64,000 nucleotides of DNA from Azolla caroliniana (GCA_043228905.1 JBHGNT010000018.1:4092001-4156000); one strand, 5' to 3'; shown: positions 10,124 through 24,100, counted from the first letter of the stretch. A program made the numbers and translations. Notes: generated by a model not told the origin, from the sequence alone.

Positions 10124-13100
10124 CTAGGCGTGATCCTCGTTCTATTCCTCTTCTAAGATGTTGAGGATGTTTTCGGGGTCCGGGGTGGTGGCAGGGTGGT
10201 CTGGTTGTAGCGTCGGTGCAGGGGGTTGAGTTGGGGCCGGGGGTGTTATCGCTTCTCGGGAGTCCTCCTCCGGTGCGGCTGATTCTGGTGGTGGTGTGGG
10301 TTCGAGAGGGCTAACCTCTACTTCGACCGGGTCTGGTACAGTGTGGGCGTCCTCGGGAGGTCTGTTGGCTGGGGCGAGTTCCTCCTATGTTGCGTCCGTG
10401 ATCTCCTCGCTGGGAGGTTCTTCCTTCTGCTCTGTGGCCATTGGAGGGCTGGTTGGGATGGCTGCGAGTCGTTCACGTTCGAGGGCTTCTGCTTCTAGGC
10501 GAAACAACATCTGATCGTCATTGAAGTCCTCCAACATTTGCTCGATTGCCGCGGTGTGAGATTTCGCCAAGGAATGATAATCCTCGGTTAAATCTGCACG
10601 GAGGTTTTGAATGCTGGCTTCGTCCATTTTATAAAAGTCGCGGCCCTCCTTCCGTCGGTTCTCGGCGTCAGCGCGTAAAATACGCAATTCAGCAGCTTGG
10701 GCTGCCCATTCTTCTCCTGCGCGACTTAATGTTTCCTCCACCTTTTTGGTGAGGTGCTGGCGCTGTTTCTCGATCAATATCCTGATGTGTGTCTCATCCA
10801 TGCCGGGCTGTGCCCGGACGACTGCCAATTCTTCTTTTAATCCGTTGACCTCGGCCTGAAGCTTCGCTGCGAGTAGTTCATAAGTGGCTTGAGTGTTCTT
10901 TGCTTCCGCGGTTATGAGCTAGATAGACTGCTCGTAATGCTTGGTGAGCTCTTCGGTAGCTCCCTCCCATTCTTTTTTACACTCGGCCTAGACTTGTTCC
11001 CGTTCGACGATTCTCTCTTCTTGTAGGGCGAGGTAGGAGTTTAATACTTCATCTTTTTGCTCCGAAAGTAGCTTGCATTTTATGAAAAACTCGTTAGCCA
11101 TTTCTTTAAAGGACATACGCTGACTCTGCAGCTCGGCATTCTCCGCGACCATTTTCTCCTCCCGTTGGCGATTTCTTTCCTCCTCCCGACGGTTCCATTC
11201 TTTCGCATAGTCGAGCACGGCCTGTAGGTCTAGGACCTCCTTCTCTTTCTCTGCCACGGTGGCCGCGTATTCCTCCAGCTTGCGTTTGAGTTCGACTTCT
11301 TTGCCCGTGGCTTGCTCTTGTAACCGGCCCAGGGCTTCATTATGCTCATGTAACCTTTGCTCGGCCTGGGCTTTAAGCTCGGCCATCCGTTTGGAGGCTT
11401 CTTCTTTTGAGCGAGCCATGGCGTCTTGATGCCGTTGTTCGTGTCGCTCGGTCCGCCGTTGTTCTTCTTTAAGCTCCGCTCGGTAATCCCGGAGCGAGGG
11501 TTCTGTCTGGGTTGCCACCTCCTTGGTTGGACGAGGGGGTGGTGTCTCTGTCTTCTCCATGGGCGTGACCGACTCGGTTGTTGTGAAGGCATCGACCATT
11601 TGTAACGAGTCCGTCAGTGTGTTGGCCTGGATTGTCAGGATTGAATCCGTGACGGTGCTTCCATCTATCATCGTTATGTTTGGAGGGTCTTGGTTGCTAT
11701 GTTTCGGGGAGGGGGTTGGGAGTGCCTCGGTAGTCGGGGCCGGAAGGCGCAAGAGTTGCTGTTCTGGCCGGTTTTGCTCCCAGGTTGCCAGTTTCCGTTC
11801 CGCAGCGTGCCATAACTCCGTAGCCACCTTGGCCTGTTGTTGGGCTGTTTTGATCTTTCGGGCCATGTCTTTGGCTGCCCGCGTAGTGCAATCCAGGTCC
11901 CTATATGCCTCGATTAGGGCCGTGTTCAGCTCGAGGACCTCCATGAGGAGAGCGGCGTGTTTTGCCTGCTTCTTCCTCCCTATTTTTTGTAGAGCCCTTT
12001 CGTCCTTGGGCTCAATTTCACCTAATAGCGCGCGTTGAATCATTTTTGTTTTGGCATGCTCTTCTGCCATTCGAGCGGCTGCCGCGACTTGTGCTCTGGC
12101 GAGGAAGTTGACCAGCTCGAATGTCGTGCCGAGGCGGAGCAGCGCGCTAAACTCGTATGCCTCTGCGGGGAGGTCTTTATAACCGAGGACTTCATCCTCC
12201 AAGATCTGCGTTGTCTGCCCATGCTCGATCTTTCCCTGGTTAAGTGATGCTTCTACAGGGACGATGGCCAGGTTGCTCTGGCTAACAACTAAGGCTTGCT
12301 CTTGTTGTGGCCCTTTCTGTTCTATCGAGGACTCACGGTTGAGTCGTCTTTTCTTGCTCGGCTGCGTTTGGGCTTCCGGGGCCGGTGGTGTCGTTTCCTC
12401 CGCCTGCTTCCTTTTCTGGGGCTGTGGTGGTGCTGCCTGCTGTGTGTTGGGGCGTGGGCTTGGCTTTGGGGGAGTTACCGAGGGACGCGGAGTTGGCTGT
12501 CGAATGGTGACATCGTCGGCCGTGTTATCCTCGGTGCCTGTCTCCTCCTCCCATTCTTGGCAGGTATCGGGAACTGCCCTTTTTTGTTGGGGTTGGGTGG
12601 GTGGTGATGCCGATGCAAGGTTTTGGTCGGCGGTAGGCGGTGAAGGCGGTGTGGGCTCCTCCCATGCTTTGTGGCTGAGGGCAACCAATTTCTCCTTCTG
12701 CCTTTGTGGTGGTGGTGGGGACGTGAGTGCCTGAGGGAAAGGAAGAGAAGAGGGCGGCAGGTATAGAACCGTCAAAAAGTGGGTAAGAACAGACAACATC
12801 TTCTTATCTGACTGGAATGAGGTTAAGGCGGTGCGGAGTCCTTCACTTGTGATGATTCCCCAGTCGATTATGTTCCCTTCACAGGCGCTAATGATGATGG
12901 CGGCCTTGTTCTATGGCATGCTCGTCGGGTTCGTATGCACGAACGCATACTCCATCAATATCCGAGCAATCTCCCCGAAAGCTCTGTTGGGGCCGCCATA
13001 CGTGCGGTATGCCTTCCCTGAGGCAGAGTACTCACCGAAGTACTCTTTCAGCTTCGTTGCCGGGGGTATGTCGACATCATGGCCGCCTCCCCGTTGCAGG

Positions 13101-13213
13101 TCCAAAGCAGCCCGAAGCACGTTGTTGGTGATGGCTTCGGGAGAAATACGTCTAGCCACTGCTTGGGCGTCCGGGTGCGCGGGGGCATCGATGATCTTCA
13201 GGTAACCTCCCAT
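10124..13213 (-). pseudogene. Extra 3' ORF of the gypsy element, about 1,030 codons: globular N-terminal domain, Pro/Gln-rich linker, long coiled coil
   Basis: ORFs 12911-13213, 10988-12799 and 10385-10828 share one reading frame and are separated only by TAG stops. Confidence 0.75.
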
Positions 13214-13747
13214 TCCTCGTTCCTAAAGCCAAGCGTGGGTTGCTGATGAAGCAGTGAGAGGCATGATGGAGTGTGCCTGCGTGGAAGAATGAGGCAGAGT
13301 GATGAGGCGAGGGCGAGACAGAGAAGGAACAGATGACAGGCGAGGTGCTGCGGAGGGGCTGTGGGAGCGAAAGAGGGCTTGAGAGCAAGAGCGTTTAGGG
13401 CGATGAGAGCGAGAAGGAGCTTCAGAGCTTGAGAGTGATGGAGGTTGGGAGCGATAATGAGCTTCTGTGTATGTGCTGCGTTTTGGAAACAGTTTTAGTA
13501 TCTTACTCCTAGGGTTTTGTGTCAGAAACGAATCTTGAAGATGCTGAGTCGTGGGTGCCATAATAAGTGACTAGCGCCACGTATCCTGAAGGTGAGTGGG
13601 GTGCTTCGAGTGCTGTGCATGGGCCTTAAATAGGTACTAAAGGAGAGGTGGCTAGGGGTGCTCCTAAATTGTGGGTGCCTAGGTGAGTGGTGTAGGTGTA
13701 GCTAATCGACGGCTAAACTATGGTTAATCCTACCTACTTTATTAATT

Positions 13748-16700
13748 TCAAAAGGTGGGTGGGTCCTTATCGAGGGGGACATGTGGCCTCCTCCGTGGTG
13801 GTCTCCCGAAGCTCGTTTGTGTCGTGCGGCTCGGTAAACGGGTTGAGTGGTGTAGTGCCTCGATATGGTCGAAGTCGGAAACCATTGGCCCAGCTCTTGA
13901 CAATGTCGCCGGCGAGTGTGTCGAGCTGGAACGTCCCGTTGAACTCGTCAATAATCTAGAATGGACCGGTCCACCGAAATCTTAACTTTCCCGGCATTGA
14001 CCCGAGTCGTGTTTGAAAAAGAAGAATAGGTTTGCCGAGGGTGAGCTCCTTCTCCAGCCCTTTTCGATGTCGATCCACGAAAGCCTTCCGTTGTCGTTGG
14101 CGTTGTTCGAGCTGGGCCATGCTCTCTATCCTGTCTTCGCCGAGTTCGAGGAGTTGTTCCAGCCGGTATTGCTCGGATTGGGCCTCGGGGAGCTGTGCTT
14201 TGACTTGAACTCGGAGACTCGGGACTTGGAACTCGACGGGCATCATGGCTTCTAACCCGAACGCCATTCGAAAGGGGGTTGATTGGATGCTCGTTTTGAA
14301 AGTCGTACGATACACCCAAAGTGCGCTCTGGAGCTTGTCATCCCAATCGGTCCTGTTTTCATTGACGATTTTCTTCAATATGGTTTGGAGGATTTTATTG
14401 GTCGATTCCGCCAAGCCGTTCGCCTGCGGGTAGTATGGTGTGCTTTTCTTGTGCACCACCGCGTAGTGGTGTGTAAGCTCACATATTATATGATTGATGA
14501 AGTGTCCACCTTGGTCACTAACGAGCTCGATTGGGCATCCGTAACGGCACCAAAGATGCTCGTACACGAATTTAGCCGTGGATGCCGCCATGTTGTCTCG
14601 GAGAGCTTTAGCCTCGACCCATTTGGTGCAGTAGTCTGTGGCCACGATAATATACCTATTCCCTATACGGGCCGCGGGTGGCTTGAAAGGGCCTACAAAA
14701 TCCAAACCCCATTTTTGAAATGGGTCCAATGGGAGAATCGACTGGTGTGGCATCCGTGATTTGGTTGCCCCAATCGTTGGCACAAATTGCACTGTCGACA
14801 AAACTCGTGAGCATCTTTCTTCGTTGTCGGCCACCACAATCCGCTTTGCCAAACCTTCCTTGCCGTGGAATCCTCGGCATAATGTCCCCCGCTTACTCCC
14901 TGGTGGGCCTCCTGAAGAACGACGTTCTTCTTGAAATGCCGAATCGCTCGGCGCCATATGCCGTCCGAGCCTTCGTGGTAAAGAATGTCCGAGACGAGGC
15001 AAAAATTCCAGCTGCGTACTGCTAGGCGTTTCCTCGCGTCAAGGGGCATGTGCTCCGGAGGTAGGCCGGTACTGAGAAAATGGGTCATCTCCGTGATCCA
15101 TTCATCTTCGTTATTGTCTGGCATCGTGGTCAGGTTAAATAAGCTGGCATCCGGTAAATCGTCGTACGTTGTTTCCGCCGGTTCCCTTGACTCAAGACGT
15201 CTCAAGTAGTCGGCAACGGCGTGTTGGACCCCGGGTCGATGCTGAATCTGGAAATCAAATTCTTGCAGTAGGAGCATCCACCGAGCCAACCGTCCGGTGA
15301 GGGCTTGTTTATTGACCAAATAAAGAAGGGCCGAGTGATCCACGTGAAAGGTAAACTTCCGGCCCAAGAGGTAATGCCAGAATTTATTGATGCTATAAAT
15401 CATACCGAGGGCCTCTCGCTCGGTGGTGGAGTAGTTCTTTTCCGCGGTTGAGAGCTGTCGGCTAGCGTAGTACACAGGCCTATACCAATTTGGGAGTGTA
15501 CATTGCATCAGGGCGCTTCCGATGGCGATGTCCAAGGCATCCACGAAGACATGGAATGGTTTGGACCAAACCGGGGGCTGGACCACCAGGGCATGTGAGA
15601 GCATTAGTTTCAGGGTTTGGTAAGCCGTGTCCTCGGTTGACATCCATTGCAAGGGAAGGCGATGGACTGCCGCGTGTAAAGGTGTCGCAAAATCGGCCAG
15701 ATGCCGTATCATTCGGCTGTGCCACCTGATTTGTCCCAAAAATTAGCTTAGTGCCTTTGCGTTCAAGGGTGTGGGGGCAGTCAAGATGGTCTTTACTTTA
15801 TCCGGGTCCATAGCGATGCCTTCTTGACTGACAATGTGGCCGAGAAGGTTGCCGCTGGTGACTAAGAATGCGCATTTCACCAGGTTTAAGCTTAATCGAG
15901 CCTGGCGACATCGGTCTAGACAGAGTCGCAACTGCGTCATGTGTTCCCGTTGATGGCCATACACGGCGAAATCGTCGAGAAAGACTTGCATGAACGCCGG
16001 GATGTAGTCGTGAAAGATTTCGGTGATGATGCGCTGGAACGTAGCCGACGCCGTTTTTAGACCGAACATCATTACTTCTGCCACAAAAACACCCCATTCC
16101 GTGACGAATGCGGTTTTCTCCTGATCCTTTGGGTGCATTCTTATCTGGTTATAGCCGCTGAAACCGTTGAGGAAACTATAACATTCGTGGCCTGCTACCA
16201 TGTCGAGGACTGTGGCCGCGTTAAGCTTCTGATAGTCGACGCAGACTCGGATTTTTCCGTTCTTCTTTGGGACGACTACGATCGGGCTCAACCACGTGGC
16301 TCGTTTGACAGGTGTTGTCCGCCGGAATAGTAACTGATGGCCAAAAGAGTAGGAATAAGAAACTATATAAAGCGTAACGTATGTAACGGTTCACGCGGGT
16401 ACACGTGAACGGCTAATTAGACCCTGCATATATAAGGGCAGAAAACCTCGTAAGGAGGTGTGTGTAAATTCTGGGAATTGTAAAAGAACGCCTGATAATA
16501 GAATACTATCTTCTTTGAATTTCTGCGTATAGTTACGGCTAATTCAATGTCTGTGTCTCGGATACGTAATAGTAGTAGTACATAAGCGCAACCTGTGATA
16601 AGGAGTCGGTTGTAGCCGTCTCCCCTTACGTAGTACGATTAAGCTCTGTTCGTTGTTCCACATCCACCTTGGGGTCTAGGTCGAAGGACTGACCACGGAC

Positions 16701-19308
16701 CGTGTTTCCTAAGAGGCAACAACAGGGCGAATGAAACCAACTCGGAGTAGTTTGTCGATTTCCTCTTTGACTTTAGCGGCGTAGTTGGGGTTCATCCTGT
16801 AGCGCCTCTGTTGAACCGGCCGAGTGTCGAGTAAGAGTTGGATTTGATGCTGGTAGTATTGAGGGTTCAACCCCTTTATATCGGTGTAAGACCAAGCGAA
16901 AACATCCTGGTAGTCGGTGAGCAATCGTACAAGGGATGCCCATTCCCCGATTGGTAGATTATTGGCAATTTGTAACGTACTAGGATTCTCGTCCGAGCCG
17001 AGGTTTATCGTTTCCGGTGTTGATGCTTTGACCTATTGTGAAATGGCGAGCTCGTGTTCGAAAGCATCCCGAGCATGGCGTAGCTCCGCAATTGTGGTTG
17101 GATCCGGTTCATCTTGGGGCAGTGATTCCTCCGTGACTTCTTCGTCTTTAGGTGGCTCGATGGTTGGTATGGCGTTGATTTCGAAGAGTGGGATGATTGT
17201 GGCATGATCCTCTAGGAAGTCATCGACCTCCTCATTGGCCAAACCGTCGAGCATATGGACCCCCTCCACGTATAACGGCGAAGCGTTGAGGACCGCGGGG
17301 ACGCGTTCTTCCGTGATAATTCGGACCTTTGTCTTGCCTCGTCGGAACGAGATCATGTTGTGTTGCCAATGCTGCTTGATATTCGCTGTACGCAACCATG
17401 GTCTACCTAATAACATTGGGTAGGCGCCTTGTGTCTCCAGTCTTAGCACGACGGCCGAGATTGTGAACATGTGGCCTCCGAGTGTGAAGTCGAGGTGGCG
17501 GATTAAACCAATGGGGTGAACATGTGGCCATCCGAAGCCAAAAGGGGCACGGTTCCCGTTGATTTAGGCCGAGGTTGTGACAAGTTGTCTCGCTAATAAC
17601 ATTTACGCCGGATCTGCCGTCTATGATGCATCCGTGCAAGTCTTGTCCTTTAATGATGATTTTCGTGGCTGGGTTCTGAAGCACGTCTCTCATGTCAGTT
17701 TGCATGCGCACGGCATTATTTTTATTGGCCGTGTCGATCCATTCTTTTGTTGCCTGACGGACTTCATCCTGGATTTGCCACTGTGTAGTCTGCGCTTTAC
17801 TCCGGGTAGTGATGGTTTGAACATCGGTCATGATACTGTTCACTGCAGGTGCCTTGCCACGGTCGGTTGTTGGGCATTGCGTGGCGTAATGGCCTGGTTG
17901 GTTACATTTAAAACACGTAATGTTGGCCGAGCTGCTAGTGTCCGCTCAGTCTGTGTATGGAAGCTGTTGCGGTTGATTCCCAGTCTCGTTTGGTGGTGGG
18001 TTGGTCTGCGGTGCGTTGGAGTTGCGCTGGTCATTTTGAGGAGCGTCCCGTCGGCGGTTGTCGTTATGTCTTCTATTGTTGCGTGAGTTGCGGTTGCCGT
18101 TTCGCCGATCATTGCGTGAGTTCCGTCGGTCATACCGGTCATACCGGTCATCGCGATCGTCATCATATCGATCATAATCGTCGTGCCGATCATCGCGATA
18201 GAGATCACGACGGTCATCACGTCGGTAGTCTTCGTCTCGGTGCCGTCAATCCGGGGATTGTGGTCGATCGTTATCCTGGTCTCGGTAGGCATATCTCTTG
18301 TCCTGTCGAGAGTATGTATTTCTTGGCTCGATCTGGCGGACCGGTGCCACCGTTGTGCGGTTCAGCATATTATATTCGCACTGCTCGATAGTGTGCTCGA
18401 GACTGATAGATTAGACACTGTGGTCGGTGGGGACATTCGAGGGCCAGGTGCCCTGATCCTGAACACGCCGTGCATTGGAGAGCTTGGCGAAAGCGATTGT
18501 CCTCTTGGGGAGGAGTGTTTTGTAAGGATGTCATCGAGAAGGCCGCGCCGTGCTGGGTCCGATCGAGGGCGAGAACCTGCACTATGACTTGTTCGATAGT
18601 ATGGTTGGCGAAATTTGTAAGTGCGAGAGTTGTTCGGAGAGGCTCTTGTAAACTGGACAGGAAAGTGTCCGGTATATGTTGTACCGAGACATCATCGGCC
18701 ACTTGTTTGTAGAGATCCTGGAACCGGATCGTGAACTGCGCGACTGTTTCGTGCGGTTCTTGGCATATAGAGAAGAATTGCCGGAGCAGTTCCCGTTTGG
18801 GCACCTCACGATGAAAAAGTTCAAGGAACTTTGTGCGCACGATTTGGAAAGTGGTGGCCTCTCCTATTTCGAGGCGAGAGTACCATCGTGCGGCCGGTTC
18901 ATCGAGGGAGAGTGTGAACTCGGCAATCTTTGAGGCATCGATTTCGGCCGGCGTGAGGCGGTGCGTTGAGTGGTTGGCCTGCCACGTGGATATGAAGGCA
19001 CGGATGTGTGACTCCGCGTCTAGTCCATTGGTGTATCGTGGGTATGGGTACAACATGATGTTGTACTCTGGGTCTTCTGGTAGCACCGGGAAAGGGTTTA
19101 GTTCCGGTTGATTGACCTCCGAAGGGCTTGGCGGGGGTTTTGGTGGTGAATCAACTCGCGATTGAGTGTCCGGTGGCGAGGATTGCACTAGGGAAGCCTC
19201 TAATTGCTCGGGAAAGGATTGGTTAGTGACTGCCGAGTTGGAAGTTCCTTCGACTAGCTCAGGGTGTTGGGCAGGTGGCCGAGACCTCGTGGTGCGAGGG
19301 GGCGCCAT
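13748..19308 (-). pseudogene. gag-pol polyprotein (frameshifted, with RT interrupted by a solo LTR)
   Basis: Gag, PR, RT, RH and INT motifs in gypsy order. Confidence 0.9.
16313..16721 (+). mobile_element. Solo LTR inserted in the RT domain
   Basis: TGTTGTCC...GCAACA with perfect 5-bp TSD acagg (16308-16312 and 16722-16726). Removing it restores GFIRPVKRATWLSPIVVVPKK. Confidence 0.9.
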
Positions 19309-19379
19309 AACAACGGCTGGTGGTTACCTTCAACGAAGTTCGTTGTGCACTCACAACTATAACCGGGCGTGCCAAATTG

Positions 19380-19850
19380 TGTTACTTGTTCCTTTGGATA
19401 GACCTGCAGCTATCAGTATCCAAGGGCGTGGTACGTGAAGGATCGTAAATAGAGGCGTCGTGAGGGAGAAAATAATCAGAGATAAAACACTAGCGAGATC
19501 TTGATAGGCGTGGATGGCGCTGAAATCATAAGTACGAGAAAAAGCACAGACACATGGAGCAAGATGGGCACAAATCAGATATATATTACTGCAACACCAA
19601 AAGGATTACAGAACACGGCCTACGGCCGGTGACCTTACAGGATTATCTAGTTACGATGGAATATGCTAGTGCTTCCGCCTATATTTTTTGCCCCCCTATG
19701 AGGTACTGGACCTCGTTTAAATAACGTTTTCCTAATACACAGCCGAGCCCGTGATACTCAGACTCGGCGTTCGCTGGCGTTCTTACCTACTCGGTTACAC
19801 TACCGCCGTTCGCTAATTTCCTAATTTACATTTCTGTCCTCTGGACAACA
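19380..19850 (-). repeat. 5' LTR
   Basis: Direct repeat of 9560-10043. Confidence 0.92.
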
Positions 19851-20056
19851 TCCGTTGTCGATCCCTATGGAACCCACAACTTAGAGCCGGCTAAGGGCAG
19901 AAAGTCAGGTGAGGGCTAAGAGCCAGCTAGGATTCAGTTGAGTGCCAAATTGGCTAAGAGTCGTTTGAGAATCAGCCCAAGGCCGTAAGTAAGTCGATTG
20001 ACTGCAAATCGACTAAGAGTCGTTTGGGAATCGGCCTAGGGCCGTAAGTAAGTAAG

Positions 20057-20058
<2 letters not shown>

Positions 20059-20110
<52 letters not shown>
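20059..20110. repeat. (CA)n microsatellite within a copia-LTR-like region
   Basis: Pure CA run; the downstream ggttttccacgtaaa motif resembles the U5 of copia LTRs. Confidence 0.9.
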
Positions 20111-20111
<1 letters not shown>

Positions 20112-20859
20112 GTGTGTACGCATGTTTATATATAGATATTCCATAAGGAGAGAAAAGGGGGATTAGAACAAACACAACAAGAGTGCGTGACTGTGAGAAC
20201 AACACATAGAGACAGAGAGTGTGCATGACAAAAAAGAGAAGAAAAAACAAGAAACGAAGAGAGCACGAGAACAAGAGCGAGAGCGTTCTACAAAAGAGAA
20301 GACAAAGATCTATGAGGGGTTGTTTGTGCCGTCAAGAATCCACGACTGTACAACACATGTCCTATATGTTTCTATCAGGTTCTTTTGTTCTACGTTTTTC
20401 TACTTTTCTGTTGTTCATTCCACCTAGTACGGTGAAAATTGTAACCAAGGTTGTTGCCTTGAGGCATATGTATTACTCTAGAGAAAACTAGAGAGGTTGT
20501 TCTCGGTTGTACTCAGAACATAGTGAAATTGTTTGAAACCCTAAGGTTCCTATGGTTTTTTCCAGATTTGGGTTTTCCACGTAAAATTTAGTGTATTCTC
20601 ATTTATGTTTTTTTGTTGCATTTATTGTTAACTGAGTTGGTGGTCTAAGCTAATCTCGATTCATCCTAGAGTATTCCTATTAGGGCCTTCTCTTTGTTTC
20701 TCCCTTCGATGAGAGCATAGTAGAGCAAAGCAGAACAGGGCAAGGACATGATAAATAGTGAGCGAGAAAGGGGAGGGGGGGAGAAGAATAGGGGCAACAG
20801 AAAATAGATAAAACTAGCCACATAGTTTTCTTATATTTCCAGATATAGCTCTTATACCA

Positions 20860-21182
20860 ATATTGATTCTTGGAAGTCTACTTTAGGGTACCTAATGATC
20901 TTTGCAGGGGGACCTCTCTCTTGGCAGTCAAGACTACAAAAATGTGTGGCATTATCCACAACAGAATCGGAGTATATTGCTACAACAGAAGCTTGTAAGG
21001 AATTGCTATGGTTGAAGAAATTCCTATGCGAGTTGGGGTTGATGCAAGAAAGGTATAATCTATATTGTGATAGTCAGAGTGTTAAACACTTATGCAAGAA
21101 CTCTTCCTTTCATTCTAAGTTTAAACACATGGATGTAAGATACCATTGGATTCAAGATGTGCTTGACGAAAAGAAAATGCAA
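20860..21182 (+). pseudogene. Ty1/copia RNase H fragment
   Basis: SWQSRLQKCVALSTTESEY, CDSQS, KHMDVRYHWI. Confidence 0.85.
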
Positions 21183-21185
21183 ATT

Positions 21186-24100
21186 GGATCGACAATGGAG
21201 ACGTTCAAATCCTTCAATATCCTCTTAAGCCAAACAACTTCATGTGCGGCACCGACCTCCCCCATGTATTCAACCTCCGTGTTTGTCAAGGTTAATATGC
21301 GGAAGCTTTGACAAACTGGTTCACCCGGATAGCAACAGAAAAAAATGCAAGTTTAATGGAAGCTTCACAAAACACAAACAGAGAGCGGGAGAGATAGAGA
21401 GAGCGCAAAATAGTGAACTTAATTCAAAATAATAACACTCTCTGTTACATACAATGTCCTACATAACACTTTTTATACAAGTCCTTAAAAGGACTGACAG
21501 AAGTATTGACATGTACTTCAATGCTCATACGTGCGACTGACACTAACTCTAAGGAATATGCCTACGTACTAGGCTAAACTTGTAGTCCTCTAACGGCCTA
21601 CCGGTTGCAATCCGATCCAGATCTTGGTTCTGGATACTGATCCGGATACCTATGCAACTCTCTGTTCCGGATACCGATCTGGCTCTGGCTTATTTAGCCG
21701 ATCCGAATCTGGTTGAGCTTGTCCGCTCAACACTCCCCCTCAAGCTCAACTTGAGGTCGGATTGTGGTGTCAGTATCTGCCAGTCCTTTCTTCCAGCTCC
21801 TCCTGGTCTTCCCGCCTTGCTCGCGATGATCTGGCCTTCTTCCTCGACGAAGCATCCGAGGTGTGTAAACCGCACTTGCATCCCTTGGTCGACGATCTAT
21901 CTGACCGACACCAAGTTCTTTGTTATTGTTGGAAAGTGAAGCACGTTCATAAGCTTCCCTTGTTGTCCGACATGACTTAAGGGAACTTCTCTAACATGCA
22001 CTATCGGGTGAGGGGTGTCATCTCCGGTTTCGACAACTCCCGGTTGTTCCGGTTTTTCCAGATATGAGAACCACTCTTCATGGCTTGTCATATGGTTGGA
22101 TGCTCCAGAATCAACGTACCACACATCCTCCGATCCCGAAGTGTTCTTCATCATCGAGTTCGCTTTGTGTTTCATCACAAAGGCTGGCCCTTTTCCGGTC
22201 TTTCCGGTTCCAGATCCTTCTGATCCTTCAACGTAGTGCGAGCTTTGTTGGTTCCCTTGTTCAACTTTACCGGATCTGGATTTATTCGAATCGGTGCGCT
22301 TCTTCCAACACTTGCTTTCCTTGTGGCCCTTTTTGCCATAGTACCAGCATTATGTGTCGGCTTTCGATTGCCGGTTTTCGGCGCCGCCTTGACTCCCGCT
22401 TGCTTGTGGAGGGTTCGAAACTGCTATCGGCACTATCTCTGTGCCTTCAATTCTGCTCTTGCCGGATGCCACTATTGCGTGCCAACCCACCTCGTCCTCC
22501 ACGCCCACGAGGCCGATCCGCCTTCGTGTACAACATCCGGTTGTCCAATTGAGTGGTCCTTGACCCACTCGCGTGATTTGCTTCGACCATCAACATCGAT
22601 TGCAGGTCGAAGAAGGATGGTGGTTTCTTCCGAAGGCAAATCATTGTCCGGATTGGCCCATACCGTTGTGCTAGACCACCGAGGTAGATCTGGACCATCT
22701 CATCTTCGCCCACCATCATGTTGATGAACCCTGGCGCATCACAGATCTCCTTTATCTTGGTGGTATAATCCGTAACCGACATCTCTCTCTGCCGGATGTT
22801 GTTGAGCTCTTGCCGAAGTTACAACTTATGGGTTGTGGTATTGGCAGGGAAAATCTTCTTGAGATTTTCCCAGGCCTCCTTCGGCAACTTTGTGTCTCTG
22901 ATGTAGCCAAGCATCTAATCATGCACACAGAACGCGAGGCAATACAACACTTTGCTCGCTCCTTACTCCCATGCCGGGAAGTTCTTGTCCGCCGAATCCG
23001 GCGCTACTACATTTACTCCTTCCACGTAGCTCCAGTATCTGTGCCCCAATAGGTACTGGTGCATTTTATACGACCAGGATGCATAGTTATTCCGTCGAGC
23101 TTTTCTATAGGAAGTGAGCTCGCCATGCTTCTGTCCATATCTATCTTCTTTCTTCTATTCTTTACCGGTGATTAGGGTTTGTCTGTTTCAAGTAGTTGTC
23201 GACAGCAGAGGTTCTTAACCCTCGCGCTTTGATACCATGTCAAGGTTAATATGTGGAAGATTTGACAAACCGGTTCACCCGGATAGCAACATAAAAAAGT
23301 GTAGGTTTAATGGAAGCTTCACAAAACACACACACACAGAGTGAACTTAAGTCAAAATAATAACATTGTATGTTACATACAATGTCCTACAGAACACTTT
23401 TTATAAAAGTCCTTAAAAGGACTGACAGAAGCACTAAATGTACTTCAATGCTCATATGGGCGACTGACACTAACTCCAAGGAATATGTCTACATACTAGG
23501 CTAAAGTTGTAGTCCTCTAACGACCTACCAATTACAATCCGATCCGTTCTCTGATCTGGCTCTTGGTTTCCGATACTGATCCAGATACCTATCCGGCTCT
23601 CCGTTCTGGATATCGATCCGGCTCTGGCTTATTCAGCCGATTCGGATCCGGTTGAGCTTGTCCGCTCAACAATGCTCAATAGTGTGACTGTCGGCTGCTT
23701 CTTACTACTCCAAGATATGGCTCCGGTGCCGAGGGAGAAGACAAATCTGGAAGTCAATTGTTTGTCAGCTTTGTAGTTGACCCAATCGACATATGTATAC
23801 CCTTTGAGGTGAATTGGCACTACCGATTTGTAGAGGATGTTGCAATTCATCGTACCACTTAGATAGCGTGGCACTCGCTTGGCACAATCTTGATGAATGT
23901 CGCGAGATGTCTCCATGAATTGGCTAAGGAGGCCAACTGGATAAATGAGGTTAGGTGGTGTAATGGTAAGATAGATCAGGCTTCCGACCAGTTTCTGATA
24001 GTGAGTCAGTTCGCACTCTTCTGTGCCGGAGTCGACATCTAGCTTCAGGTTTCAATCGAGAGGGTTTGCCACAGATCTGCACTCATACCAAACTTATATG

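Larger units (their letters stand above)
9560..19850 (-). mobile_element. Full-length non-chromovirus Ty3/gypsy LTR retrotransposon with a large extra 3' ORF
   Basis: Direct-repeat LTRs 9560-10043 and 19380-19850 (TG...CA). TSD tccat/tccgt. PBS-like TGGCACGCCC next to the 5' LTR. gag 18370-19308 with CCHC knuckles, protease IIDGRSG, RT FLDD, RNase H 14693-15739, integrase 13750-15002. Confidence 0.93.

Noticed and set aside
11523-12734. Long plus-strand ORFs (171 and 156 aa) and many other short antisense ORFs across the window
   Set aside because: Shadow ORFs of GC-rich retroelement coding sequence with no domain features.
12731-12812. Apparent GT-AG intron in the extra ORF (pyrimidine tract + CAG)
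   Set aside because: Splicing would shift the frame; the unspliced sequence is already open and in frame.
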